Source: an uncultured Verrucomicrobiae bacterium
Lineage (GTDB): Bacteria; Verrucomicrobiota; Verrucomicrobiia; Limisphaerales; UBA11358
Assembly: GCA_963835625.1 (NCBI GenBank)
Contig: CAWIGO010000002.1
Span: 8,116-72,115 of the forward strand
Reading direction: 5' to 3'
Length of the DNA stretch: 64,000 nt
This document shows positions 8,820-17,883 of this stretch, in pieces. Position 1 is the first letter of the stretch, and each line of letters starts with the position of its first letter. The translations under genes and the position numbers were made by a program. The notes beneath the pieces were generated by a model that ran no database searches, was not told where the DNA came from, and saw only the letters and a list, made by a program, of their open reading frames with translations.

Positions 8820-10303
8820 CCAGGACGTGCGAGCGCACAATCGTCTGTCTGTTGTGCCTGCTGGCGGCAATTCATGTTTTTGTTTATTCCGCCGCCTTTC
8901 CTTTTTTCAACAACGTGGATGAGCAAATCCATCTCGACTTGGTGGTGAGATACTCGCAAGCCCGCCTTCCGCGCGCGTTGGACACGCCGTGTCCGGAAGC
9001 CATGCTTTATTTCGTGATTTATAACACTCCGGAATATCTATGGCCGCCGGACACCTACCCTGGCGGACGATTTCCCGCGCCGCCGTGGATCCAGCCGTTG
9101 AACAAGGTCATGCCCATGTTGCAATCGCGGATAGCCGCGTGGCAAAGCATGAAAAATTGTGAAACCTCGCAGCCGCCACTCTATTACACGCTGGCGGGTT
9201 TGTGGTGGCGCTTGGGAAAGGTATGCGGAATTCATGACGGCTTTTTGCTCTATTGGGTCCGCTTCCTGAATGTGTTTCTCGTTGCGGTACTCGTGTGGCT
9301 GGGTTTTTTGGCCGCACGGATGGTTTTTCCGGACAACCTGTTTTTGCGGCTCGGCGTGCCGACATTGATCGCGTTCATGCCGCAAACCGCGTTTTACTCG
9401 ATTCAAAATGACGTGCTTTCACCATTGTGTTTCGGCGCGGCATTCATCTGCCTGGTGAAATTGCAGCGTGCGGAGGTGCCGGATACCCGACTCGGAACCG
9501 CCACCGGGCTGGCGCTGGCGGCCACGTTCCTGACCAAAATCAGCAACCTGCCGTTGCTGGTCATCTCGGCTTTGGTCGTTCTGTTCAAAACGTGGCGACT
9601 ATTCCGGGCTGAACAATTGCGCACGGCGGCTCCGGCCTTGTTATCGCTCGCGATTTGCGCCGGATTACCGATGGTGCTTTGGCTCGCGTGGTGCAAAATC
9701 GTCTTTGGCGATTTCACCGGCACGTCGGCCAAAATCCAATTCCTCGGCTGGACGCACAAACCGTTCGGCGAATGGTGGCACCACCCGATTTTCACGCCAC
9801 ATGGGTTGTGGACATTTGTTTCGGGACTCATGGCGACGTTGTGGCAGGGCGAGTTTTTCTGGCATCGCATGCCACTGGCTTGGCCTGCCATTGACACCGT
9901 TTACACGATTTCATCAATCGGCTTCATCGGGGTGGCCTTGGTCGCTTTGCTGCCGCGATTCACGGTTGTGACCCAACTACAGCGTCAGGCGCTTTGGCTT
10001 GGCTTCTGGTGTCTCATCGCGGCAGTCGCATTTCTCGGATTTCTGTCCCTCATTTACAATTTTCACGATTGCCTTTATCCATCGCAAGCGCATCCGTATT
10101 TCACTTCAGGACGGCTGATGCTTGGCGCACTGATTCCATTTCTGCTGCTGTTCGTGTATGGACTAGACCGGACATTAAGTTGTACGAAACGCCATTGGCC
10201 GCGGTGGCTGGCGTTGGGGGGATTTGTCCTGTTCATGCTGGTTTCGGAGATTGCCATAGACTGGCGGATTTTCCCGAATCCCTACAACTGGTTTCACATG
10301 TGA
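8762..10303 (+). CDS. Polytopic membrane protein, GT-C (ArnT/PMT-like) glycosyltransferase fold candidate, with a lysS-derived N-terminus
   Basis: About 12 predicted TM segments, with a DE..H motif in the first loop (NNVDEQIHLD). The first 16 codons, MDGMNSLMEQHKAKLT, mirror LysS MDDTNSLIEQRKAKLT. Confidence 0.65.
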   Translation: MDGMNSLMEQHKAKLTPGISRTCERTIVCLLCLLAAIHVFVYSAAFPFFNNVDEQIHLDLVVRYSQARLPRALDTPCPEAMLYFVIYNTPEYLWPPDTYPGGRFPAPPWIQPLNKVMPMLQSRIAAWQSMKNCETSQPPLYYTLAGLWWRLGKVCGIHDGFLLYWVRFLNVFLVAVLVWLGFLAARMVFPDNLFLRLGVPTLIAFMPQTAFYSIQNDVLSPLCFGAAFICLVKLQRAEVPDTRLGTATGLALAATFLTKISNLPLLVISALVVLFKTWRLFRAEQLRTAAPALLSLAICAGLPMVLWLAWCKIVFGDFTGTSAKIQFLGWTHKPFGEWWHHPIFTPHGLWTFVSGLMATLWQGEFFWHRMPLAWPAIDTVYTISSIGFIGVALVALLPRFTVVTQLQRQALWLGFWCLIAAVAFLGFLSLIYNFHDCLYPSQAHPYFTSGRLMLGALIPFLLLFVYGLDRTLSCTKRHWPRWLALGGFVLFMLVSEIAIDWRIFPNPYNWFHM

Positions 10304-10382
10304 TGCGGAACGCCATGCTGCGCCGCATCTTTTGCGTGCGAAGCGAGTTCCGGTGTGATTTACTGCGTGGACACCAATCGGT

Positions 10383-11831
10383 ATGGACGACACGAATTCA
10401 TTGATCGAACAACGCAAGGCCAAGCTGACCGCGTTGCGCGCCAAGGGCATTGACCCGTTCAAAAATAAATTCACGCCCGGCGAAACCTGCGAGCATGCGC
10501 GCGACCATTACGCCGAAGGCCGTGAAGTCGCCATTGCCGGTCGCATTACCGCGCACCGCGAGATGGGCAAAAGCATGTTCATTGACGTGCGCGACCAGAG
10601 CGGACGCATCCAGGCTTACGCGCAGAAAAATGTCCTCGGCGACGAGCAATTCGACATCTTCCGGCATCTCGACCTCGGTGATTTCATCGGCGCACGTGGA
10701 CATTTGTTCACAACCAAAACCGGTGAAATTTCCATCAAGCTCGCCAGCTTCACGATTCTGGCCAAGGCGTTGCGTCCGCCACCGGCGAAATGGTATGGAC
10801 TTGAAGACACGGAAATCCGTTACCGCCAACGTTATCTCGATTTGATGGCGAATCCAGAAGTGAAGGATGTTTTTTTCAAGCGCAGCCAAATCATCGCCGA
10901 GATCCGGAATTTTCTACATTCGCGCGGCTTTGTGGAAGTCGAGACACCGATGATGCAGGCGATTCCCGGCGGCGCGGCGGCGCAACCGTTCAAGACGCAT
11001 CACAACGCACTCGGCTGCGATTTTTATCTGCGCATTGCGCTGGAACTTTACCTTAAGCGTCTGCTTGTCGGCGGTGTGGACAAGGTTTTCGAGATTGGCC
11101 GCATCTTCCGCAACGAAGGTTTTTCGCGCAAACACAATCCCGAATTCACGATGTTGGAACTCTATCAGGCCTACGGCGATTACGAGAGCATGATGGAACT
11201 CATGCAAGGCATGGTCTGCCACGTTGCGCAAAAAGTTTTGGGCACGCTGAAAATCGAAACCAAAGACGCCGGGGGCAAGGTCACCAAAACAATTGATCTC
11301 ACGCCGAACTGGAAGCGTGTGAAATACAAGGATCTTGTGCGTGGAAAAGCGGGCGCGGATTGGTTTGACGTTTCACCAAAGGAACGGCACGAGCGCGCAA
11401 TCAAACTCGGCGCAGAGATTGCGAAGGACTACGAAGATTTTGAAGTCACACAGGCCGTATTCGAGAAGCTGATTGAACCAACACTTATCAATCCGACGTT
11501 TGTGACACACGCGCCGAAGGAATTGATTCCACTCGCCAAACTTTCACCCGACGATCCGACGACCGTCGAAGTTTTTGAGTGCTGCATCAACGGCCAGGAA
11601 ATCGCGCCTGCTTACACCGAACAGAACGACCCGATTGAGCAGCGCGAACGGCTGGAGCATCAGGCCGGCGGCGAGCAGCAAAAGCTGGATGAAGATTTTC
11701 TTGTCGCGCTCGAACATGGCATGCCTCCGGCGGGTGGCATGGGCGTGGGCATTGACCGTTTGTGCATGATGCTGCTCGGTCAGGAAAGCATCCGCGACGT
11801 GATTTTATTCCCGCAGTTGAAGCCAAAATAA
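10383..11831 (+). CDS. lysS: Lysine--tRNA ligase (class II)
   Basis: 482 aa with class II motifs ([33 protein letters not shown]). Confidence 0.95.
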   Translation: MDDTNSLIEQRKAKLTALRAKGIDPFKNKFTPGETCEHARDHYAEGREVAIAGRITAHREMGKSMFIDVRDQSGRIQAYAQKNVLGDEQFDIFRHLDLGDFIGARGHLFTTKTGEISIKLASFTILAKALRPPPAKWYGLEDTEIRYRQRYLDLMANPEVKDVFFKRSQIIAEIRNFLHSRGFVEVETPMMQAIPGGAAAQPFKTHHNALGCDFYLRIALELYLKRLLVGGVDKVFEIGRIFRNEGFSRKHNPEFTMLELYQAYGDYESMMELMQGMVCHVAQKVLGTLKIETKDAGGKVTKTIDLTPNWKRVKYKDLVRGKAGADWFDVSPKERHERAIKLGAEIAKDYEDFEVTQAVFEKLIEPTLINPTFVTHAPKELIPLAKLSPDDPTTVEVFECCINGQEIAPAYTEQNDPIEQRERLEHQAGGEQQKLDEDFLVALEHGMPPAGGMGVGIDRLCMMLLGQESIRDVILFPQLKPK

Positions 11832-11842
11832 GCTGTTAAATT

Positions 11843-12499
11843 TCAATCTTCCAACCATTCAATAATTTCGTGATCTCTACGCATATCAAATTTGGCGTAA
11901 TCTTCTCTTGAAGCATCGAATCCGTATTTCAAATGATACATAAGTGATTTTCCGTCTTCCGGATCATGTTTAAAACACACCTCATACCAAACTGTTTGCA
12001 AATTAAATTGCTGATGGAATACGTTCATAATTCCACGAATGAGTGCAAGCGCAGCTGTGATTTCTGAAAATTGAATCGTTGGCAAAGGGATTTCCTTCAT
12101 CTGCCTTAAGAGGTCGTTGTGCGCTATTTTCTCGTCACGCCAAGTTTTGACGGCTTTCATTTTCCCTTTGAGTGCTAAAATCTGTTGTGACACCTGACTT
12201 TGCAGACTTGCATCTTTAATTTCTAACACGAGATTATCAAACGACAGATTTTCTTTGACGATTGATTTAACTTTTGTTTTAGGTGGGTCTGTCAGCCTAG
12301 CGATGGAAAGAAGAATATCAAACAGCATTAAATTCCAGAGGTAGCCGAAAAATACTGGCGCTGTTTCATTCAACAATTTCACCTTCCTATCGCTGCCAAA
12401 AACCTGTTTGAAGTGTTTCCACTTGTAGTGCAATCGCACCACTTCAGCGTCAATGGCTTTGATCTTATTTTTAAGTGTGTCTGGCATATTGGCGGCCAC
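11843..12499 (-). CDS. HEPN-domain protein, AbiU2-like
   Basis: 218 aa, helical, with an R-x5-H motif (WRDEKIAHND). AT-rich. Overlaps the upstream GIY-YIG gene by 29 nt. Confidence 0.55.
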   Translation of the reverse strand: MAANMPDTLKNKIKAIDAEVVRLHYKWKHFKQVFGSDRKVKLLNETAPVFFGYLWNLMLFDILLSIARLTDPPKTKVKSIVKENLSFDNLVLEIKDASLQSQVSQQILALKGKMKAVKTWRDEKIAHNDLLRQMKEIPLPTIQFSEITAALALIRGIMNVFHQQFNLQTVWYEVCFKHDPEDGKSLMYHLKYGFDASREDYAKFDMRRDHEIIEWLED

Positions 12500-13310
12500 G
12501 TTTTAGAGTTACGCCCAAACGTCGTAGGCGACTCGATATGCCATGATGGTCTATGTTAAACAACCGCCCGATTTCGCGGCACGATTTGCCTTCTGAATGT
12601 AATTTTAGACAGGCCTGATCCATTTCTTCTGCACTATTAAAACCTAAAGATTTTCTGTTAAATTTTTCAAAATAGATTTTTCGAAGCCCTGCGGTTCTCG
12701 ATGGTAACTTTCTAATTTTATCCAAAAGCTGAACCAGCGGGTTGTAAATTTCTGGACGTTTGAGGGCTGCTGTAAAACCAGCTATGCGCTTGGCTTCATT
12801 TTCCGGCGAATGCAACCATTTTTGCGCGTTCTTTCTCCATTCTGGATTTTTTGCATGACGTTGTTTCAGTGCTTCAGAAACTCGCTTGTGAGTGTCAGGC
12901 GTCCATACGCCTCTGCGATACCCACGAATTTTCTTCTTCTGTGATTCGGTCCATTTGTAACCGCGGGTTGATTCTGCTTTTGGCGCAGAATTGAAGTTTC
13001 TCGTGTAAGCATGGAAATGATCCATCCAGAATTGTTCCCGTTCATCTAACCGTTTGCTCTCGCCAACCTTTTCCAACAAAATAGCTGTGAAAGCTCCTTG
13101 GCCATATTTGTTCCATGCTCTTTGCAAATGTCTTGAGTGATGTCGTTTTGCTAGAAGCGCCCGTAAATGCTGGTTGAGCCGCTTCCGAACAATTTTCGAG
13201 CTGCCAACATAGATTCTGCCACTGGCATCGTGCCGGATGCCATAAACGCCACAACATTGGAAATCAATTGATAAGCGATTGTTGAATATGCTTTCAATTA
13301 TTCCGAGCAT
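12471..13310 (-). CDS. GIY-YIG homing-type endonuclease (I-TevI/Seg-like architecture with a C-terminal HTH)
   Basis: GVYGI...RIYVGSS, conserved R (KRLNQHLR), E (REQFWMDHF), and a C-terminal HTH (SCREIGRLFNIDHHGISSRLRRLG). Confidence 0.8.
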   Translation of the reverse strand: MLGIIESIFNNRLSIDFQCCGVYGIRHDASGRIYVGSSKIVRKRLNQHLRALLAKRHHSRHLQRAWNKYGQGAFTAILLEKVGESKRLDEREQFWMDHFHAYTRNFNSAPKAESTRGYKWTESQKKKIRGYRRGVWTPDTHKRVSEALKQRHAKNPEWRKNAQKWLHSPENEAKRIAGFTAALKRPEIYNPLVQLLDKIRKLPSRTAGLRKIYFEKFNRKSLGFNSAEEMDQACLKLHSEGKSCREIGRLFNIDHHGISSRLRRLGVTLKRGRQYARHT

Positions 13311-13323
13311 GGTAGAAGTTTAA

Positions 13324-13482
<159 letters not shown>

Positions 13483-13556
13483 TGTAGGACAGGCATCTTG
13501 CCTGTCTCCATTATTTGAAATATGAAGTTAGAGACAGGCTGGAAGCCTGTTCTACA
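13483..13556. repeat. REPIN (GTAGGACAGGC-hairpin and inverted GTAGAACAGGC-hairpin)
   Basis: TGTAGGACAGGCATCTTGCCTGTCTC ... GAGACAGGCTGGAAGCCTGTTCTACA. Confidence 0.8.
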
Positions 13557-13562
13557 TACCGG

Positions 13563-14147
13563 TTACAACCACGACTTCAATCGTTCGCGCAAAATCTGCC
13601 GGGCGCGATACAATCGAGATTCAACCGCTTTCGGCGTTGTCTCAAGAATCGCCGCGGCTTCAGCGACGCTGCATTCCTCCCATTCGCACAACACAATCGC
13701 TTCGCGCAAATCCTCCGGCAATTTGCTGACCGCAATCCGAACGGCTTTGGCGCGTTCAGTGGCGAGGGCTTGTTCGTTGGGTGCCGGATCATTCGCCGGA
13801 AGCGCGCCGCCAAGCGTCTGTTCCGCTTCGCCGATTTCCGTTTCGAGCGAAATGTTGGGATGCCGCGCGCGCCAGCGGAAATGGTTGCGCGCCAGATTGG
13901 CGGCAATGGTGTAAAGCCAGGTGGAGAATTTTTCGTTCGTCCGAAAACTGGCGCGGGCGCGGAAGACGCGGACGAAGGTTTCCTGTGCGAGATCATTGGC
14001 GTCGTCCTCATTGCCGACCCTGCGGCAGAGAAAACGAAAAACCGGTGTGGCGTGGCGTTCCATCAGGTCGTTGAGCGCCGTGTCGTGGCCGGCGATTAAT
14101 CGCTCCATGTCGGCCCGGTCATGGGCATCAGTGTTGGTGATGCTCAT
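13563..14147 (-). CDS. ECF-type RNA polymerase sigma-70 family factor (CnrH-like position)
   Basis: Region 2 (DDANDLAQETFVRVF, STWLYTIAANLARN) and region 4 (REAIVLCEWEECSVAEAAAILETTPKAVESRLYRAR). Confidence 0.85.
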   Translation of the reverse strand: MSITNTDAHDRADMERLIAGHDTALNDLMERHATPVFRFLCRRVGNEDDANDLAQETFVRVFRARASFRTNEKFSTWLYTIAANLARNHFRWRARHPNISLETEIGEAEQTLGGALPANDPAPNEQALATERAKAVRIAVSKLPEDLREAIVLCEWEECSVAEAAAILETTPKAVESRLYRARQILRERLKSWL

Positions 14148-14622
14148 GGCTGGAGGCGGGAGACATGGATTTCTCGATTTCTTCATGGAAACCGAGGGTG
14201 AGGCGTTGCATTTCGGCGAGGTAACGGCGGCCTTGTTCCGGCGGCATGGCCTGGCTGACGGCGATGAAATGCCGGAGCATTTGCGCCTGGCATTGGGCGC
14301 GGAGTTCGCCGAGTTCGGTCAGTTTCTTTTGCGCGTCGGCGGTGACATTGGTGCCATTGGCCAGCACCGCTTGAACTTCGGATTTCTTCGCGGCGAGAAG
14401 CGCGCACATTTTTGCGCATTGCGGCATGTATCCCTCATGCAATTGCCGGATGCGCGCCATTTCGGCGGCATTCAGATGAAATTCATCATGCAACCAGCTC
14501 AAATCGTCCGCCGGATTCGCCATGCCCATCACACAAGCCCGCTGGCTGACAAAGTATGAGCCTGCGAAAACCGCCACGCCCAAGGCCAGTGCGCCCAACA
14601 CGATGATCAGCGAGCGGTTCAT
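14128..14622 (-). CDS. Periplasmic heavy-metal sensor, Spy/CpxP/CnrX-like, with a His-rich C-terminus
   Basis: N-terminal TM, all-helical body, C-terminal SHEHHQH. Sits between a small TM protein gene and the ECF sigma gene. Confidence 0.55.
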   Translation of the reverse strand: MNRSLIIVLGALALGVAVFAGSYFVSQRACVMGMANPADDLSWLHDEFHLNAAEMARIRQLHEGYMPQCAKMCALLAAKKSEVQAVLANGTNVTADAQKKLTELGELRAQCQAQMLRHFIAVSQAMPPEQGRRYLAEMQRLTLGFHEEIEKSMSPASSHEHHQH

Positions 14623-14625
14623 GCA

Positions 14626-14952
14626 TTAGCGCAGCGGATTGGGAGCGACAACGGCGAGATAACGCGCTTGTGAATCCTGTCGTGCGACCTGCGTGCCTTG
14701 ATATGTGCCCAGCAAAACGCCCGCGAGTGCCAAGGCAGCGACGGTGGCAAATGCGAGTCGCGGACGCAGCATCAAGGCCGCAAGCGCGTCCAGCCAGGAA
14801 ACGCCGCCAATGGATTTGGAGGATGCGGCTGCGTCTTCAATTCGTCGCCAGACACTCTCTTGGAAGCGCGGTGGCAACGCCGGAGCAATGCGCGATTCAC
14901 GCAGGAGCATGGTGAGCCTGGCGTCAGCCGGATTGATATTTTCTTTGTTCAT
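14626..14952 (-). CDS. Small single-pass membrane protein, anti-sigma (CnrY-like) candidate
   Basis: 108 aa from ATG 14952 with one TM (LAFATVAALALAGVLLG). First gene of the sigma operon. Confidence 0.45.
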   Translation of the reverse strand: MNKENINPADARLTMLLRESRIAPALPPRFQESVWRRIEDAAASSKSIGGVSWLDALAALMLRPRLAFATVAALALAGVLLGTYQGTQVARQDSQARYLAVVAPNPLR

Positions 14953-15032
14953 CGGTTCAGGGGAGGCGGAGATTTTGTCCGCCGCCCATAGTTTACTGGT
15001 TTTGTTGTGCCGGGACAACCCGGCTGATGGTT

Positions 15033-15377
15033 TTATGGCGTTGTGCTCTTTGCCGCTGTTGACATGTGGCATCCCGACATGTTGGCGGGATTGCCGGTGC
15101 AAGCTTGAATCGCCTTCGGGCTGGCGGTCATGTTACGACAGTTCATAGTCGGATTCACGTCGTTAGCCACAGTGGCGACGGTGATGGTCTGGTTAGCGGC
15201 GGTGCGCGGCGACAGGGCAATTCCCGTCGCTGGTGCGGCCTGAACCACGGTGGTGCCGGAAACGCTCTTGATTTGGTTGGCTGCGGCACGCGGGGAAAGC
15301 GCAATGTCGCTGGCGTTGATGGTTATCGCGGCCAGGACTGCCGCGCCGATGGTTGTGAGGAGTATTTGTGTTTTCAT
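15033..15377 (-). CDS. Secreted hypothetical protein with a duplicated ALSPR-AANQ motif
   Basis: Signal peptide MKTQILLTTIGAAVLAA and an internal repeat IALSPRAAANQ / IALSPRTAANQ. Confidence 0.5.
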   Translation of the reverse strand: MKTQILLTTIGAAVLAAITINASDIALSPRAAANQIKSVSGTTVVQAAPATGIALSPRTAANQTITVATVANDVNPTMNCRNMTASPKAIQACTGNPANMSGCHMSTAAKSTTP

Positions 15378-15659
15378 GTTTTGTTTTTCAATTTTTGGCG
15401 GCACTTCATTGTGCCGCCGAATGATTGTGCCTGTAATTACCCCGTAGCCTGGCGAACCCCGCAAATTTTTTCAAGCAGCCAGAACTGGAATAGATTCGCA
15501 GTCCATGGTTGAAGAGAAAGGGAGTCTGCGGAGCGGCTTAATTGAAAAGCAACCGGCGGACCAGGCATTTCTACCTAGCCGCCGGTTACACTCTGGCATC
15601 GGAGGAGGATGCTCAGAATTTGTAAACGAATAAGAATCGTGCGAAACGCCACACTGCTG

Positions 15660-16981
15660 CTAAAAGGTGAAGAGGGCGTCCACGTTGAATGTCAACTGGT
15701 TGTGTTCGCCGCTGGCGAAGACCGGTTGGTCAGCGTAGTCGTAGCGAACTTCCGGCCGGATCAGCAAGTGCGAAAGGATATTGTTTTTTGGGAACGGCTT
15801 GATGGCCACGCCCACGGTGGCCTCATAGTAATCGGCGCTGACGGGCGCACCGGTGGAGAAGCCATTGGCGGCGTCTTTATACCACTCCAGCCGCGTGTTC
15901 AGTGTGAAGTGCGGATCAAGCGCGTAGCTGACGTATTGAGCCACGCCGCCCCACTGCTTGTCATTGCCCGCATAGCCGGGGATATGCGGAGTATAGACAT
16001 AGTCAAAGCCCAAGCCGAGGCTCAATTTGTCAGTGACCTTCTGGGTGAGAACCAAATCCAAGGCGGTCCAAAAGTCGCTGTTGTCGCGCGGAGGTAGATT
16101 GTTTCCTACGGTCGTCGGAAACTCCGGGCCTTCCGTCATCACGAAAATGATGGAAGTCTTGTCGCTTGGTGTAAAGGTTACGCGGCCCAGGAAGTCCAGA
16201 GAATCGTGGGAGGAGCGCAGAGACTGGTTCCAGCCCAGCGTGAAGCCGGCGTCAAATGTCCACTGGGGTTTAGCACATAGGTGAGCAAAGCACCCGTCTG
16301 CGTGCCCGGCTCGGCGTAGAGAAACTGGTAACTATAAGAATAGAGCGCCTTGGCCGGATCACCAAAGGCCCCGTAAATGTTGGCGCTGTATTGCTCGAAG
16401 CCGGCCAGCTCAATCCATTTGCCCACGCGGAGCCGCATCGGCAAGCCGGGGAGGGTCACGTCCACATAGGCTTGAAGAGGGTCCCATTGGTAGCGACCCG
16501 TCTGCGTATCCACCAACCCATCCGAGTGGATGAACTTGGCATCCGCACCATAGATGCCTTCCACGCGGAAGCCCATGTCAAACTGCTTCTTGGTCGGATC
16601 GACCGTGCGCTCCACATTCAAACTGATTTTGTCAAGGATGGCCGTGTTTTTATAACTGTTAAATCCCATGTAAGTTGGGCCATCGTGACCGCTCGGCGCG
16701 GAGAAGTCGCGCATGTAGCCGCCTTCGACATAGCCGTAGATGTTGATCCCGGCCTTATTCAAAGGATCGGCCAGGCCCACCTTGCCCAAAGCCATCATCA
16801 AGGGTGCTGGCGTCGGCGCGGCTACAGACGGCGGGTTTGCCACTTGGGTCTGATTGGTGTTCGCTGTTGATACCGGTGCGTTTTCATCGGCATGCAAAAC
16901 GGAAGTCATGCTGATGACGCCTAAGACAGTCAAACACGCCGTCCATGGATTAAGGCGAACAATTCTTTTCATGGGATTCAT
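15660..16981 (-). pseudogene. Outer-membrane beta-barrel porin (OmpL/BBP2-like), one frameshift near 16265-16275
   Basis: ORF 16178..16981 (signal peptide plus beta strands) continues in another frame as PQWTFDAGFTLGWNQSL... into ORF 15660..16142, which ends in a terminal F. Confidence 0.7.
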
Positions 16982-17233
16982 TTTCTAACGCGGCAAACAC
17001 TTTTTATTGAGTTTCTGTTTTTATTTGTTCCCCAAGTACCTCTTGGGAGCGTTCATGGAAGACTTAGCAGAAGCATTGCCAACACCAGATTGCCGATGGG
17101 GATGCCCGCGCCGTTAGCGTTAAACACTGAAAATCATCGCGCATAATTTTTTTCAGGCGAATCTCGTGGGGCACAAAGCTCCAAAATTGACGGATTGGAT
17201 TTGCGCAGCGTGAGCAAATGCCCGCATCGTAAT

Positions 17234-17312
17234 GTAGGGTGGGCTATGGACAAGATTTGTTCAAGGGTTCAGCCGCCTCGGCGGCCAGTAGGGTGTTCAG
17301 CGGGATGTGAAC
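17234..17312. repeat. REP-like units with GTAGGG heads
   Basis: GTAGGGTGGGC..., GCCGCCTCGGCGGC hairpin, GTAGGGTGTTCAGCGGGATGTGAACC. Confidence 0.4.
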
Positions 17313-17450
17313 CGATCGTGTTTTGTGGCGGTGCGAAAACCGGCTGTAAAAATTTCTGCGGAATTTTGCCGGTTGCGGTGTATAATCAGTAAGTGGCACC
17401 CGCGATGGGCGCCCGACTCAAACTGACAACAACAAAGGAAGATTGGAATT

Positions 17451-17768
17451 ATGAAACTGTTTAACCACATCAGCCGGCCTGTAATTAGGGGGTTGATTAT
17501 GGCCGCAGCGCTTGCGGTCATCTCATTTAACGTTCGCGCTGACGACACGAATTCCGTAAGTTCCGCTACCGCCAAGCCCAAGCCGGATTTACTAACAACG
17601 TGTCCTGTCTCCGGCGACAAACTTGGCGAAATGGGCAAGCCTTTGGTTTTTGTGTATCAAGGACAAGAGGTCAAACTCTGCTGTCCGCATTGTAAAAAGG
17701 ATTTCGACAAGGACCCGGCCAAATACATCAAGAAAATCCGCGAGGCCGACAAAGATACAAAAAATTGA
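17451..17768 (+). CDS. Secreted YHS/TRASH-type metal-binding domain protein
   Basis: Signal peptide, then CPVSGDKL....CCPHCKKDFDKDP. Confidence 0.6.
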   Translation: MKLFNHISRPVIRGLIMAAALAVISFNVRADDTNSVSSATAKPKPDLLTTCPVSGDKLGEMGKPLVFVYQGQEVKLCCPHCKKDFDKDPAKYIKKIREADKDTKN

Positions 17769-17883
17769 CGGATAAAGCTCAAAAGGCGCCCGGCTTATCT
17801 AATTCATTTCTTCCAAAGCTCGTAGTGTGCCTTGAGTCGGCGCACTACGTCCTGTTCTATTTTACGCCTTGTGTCTGTAAAGT

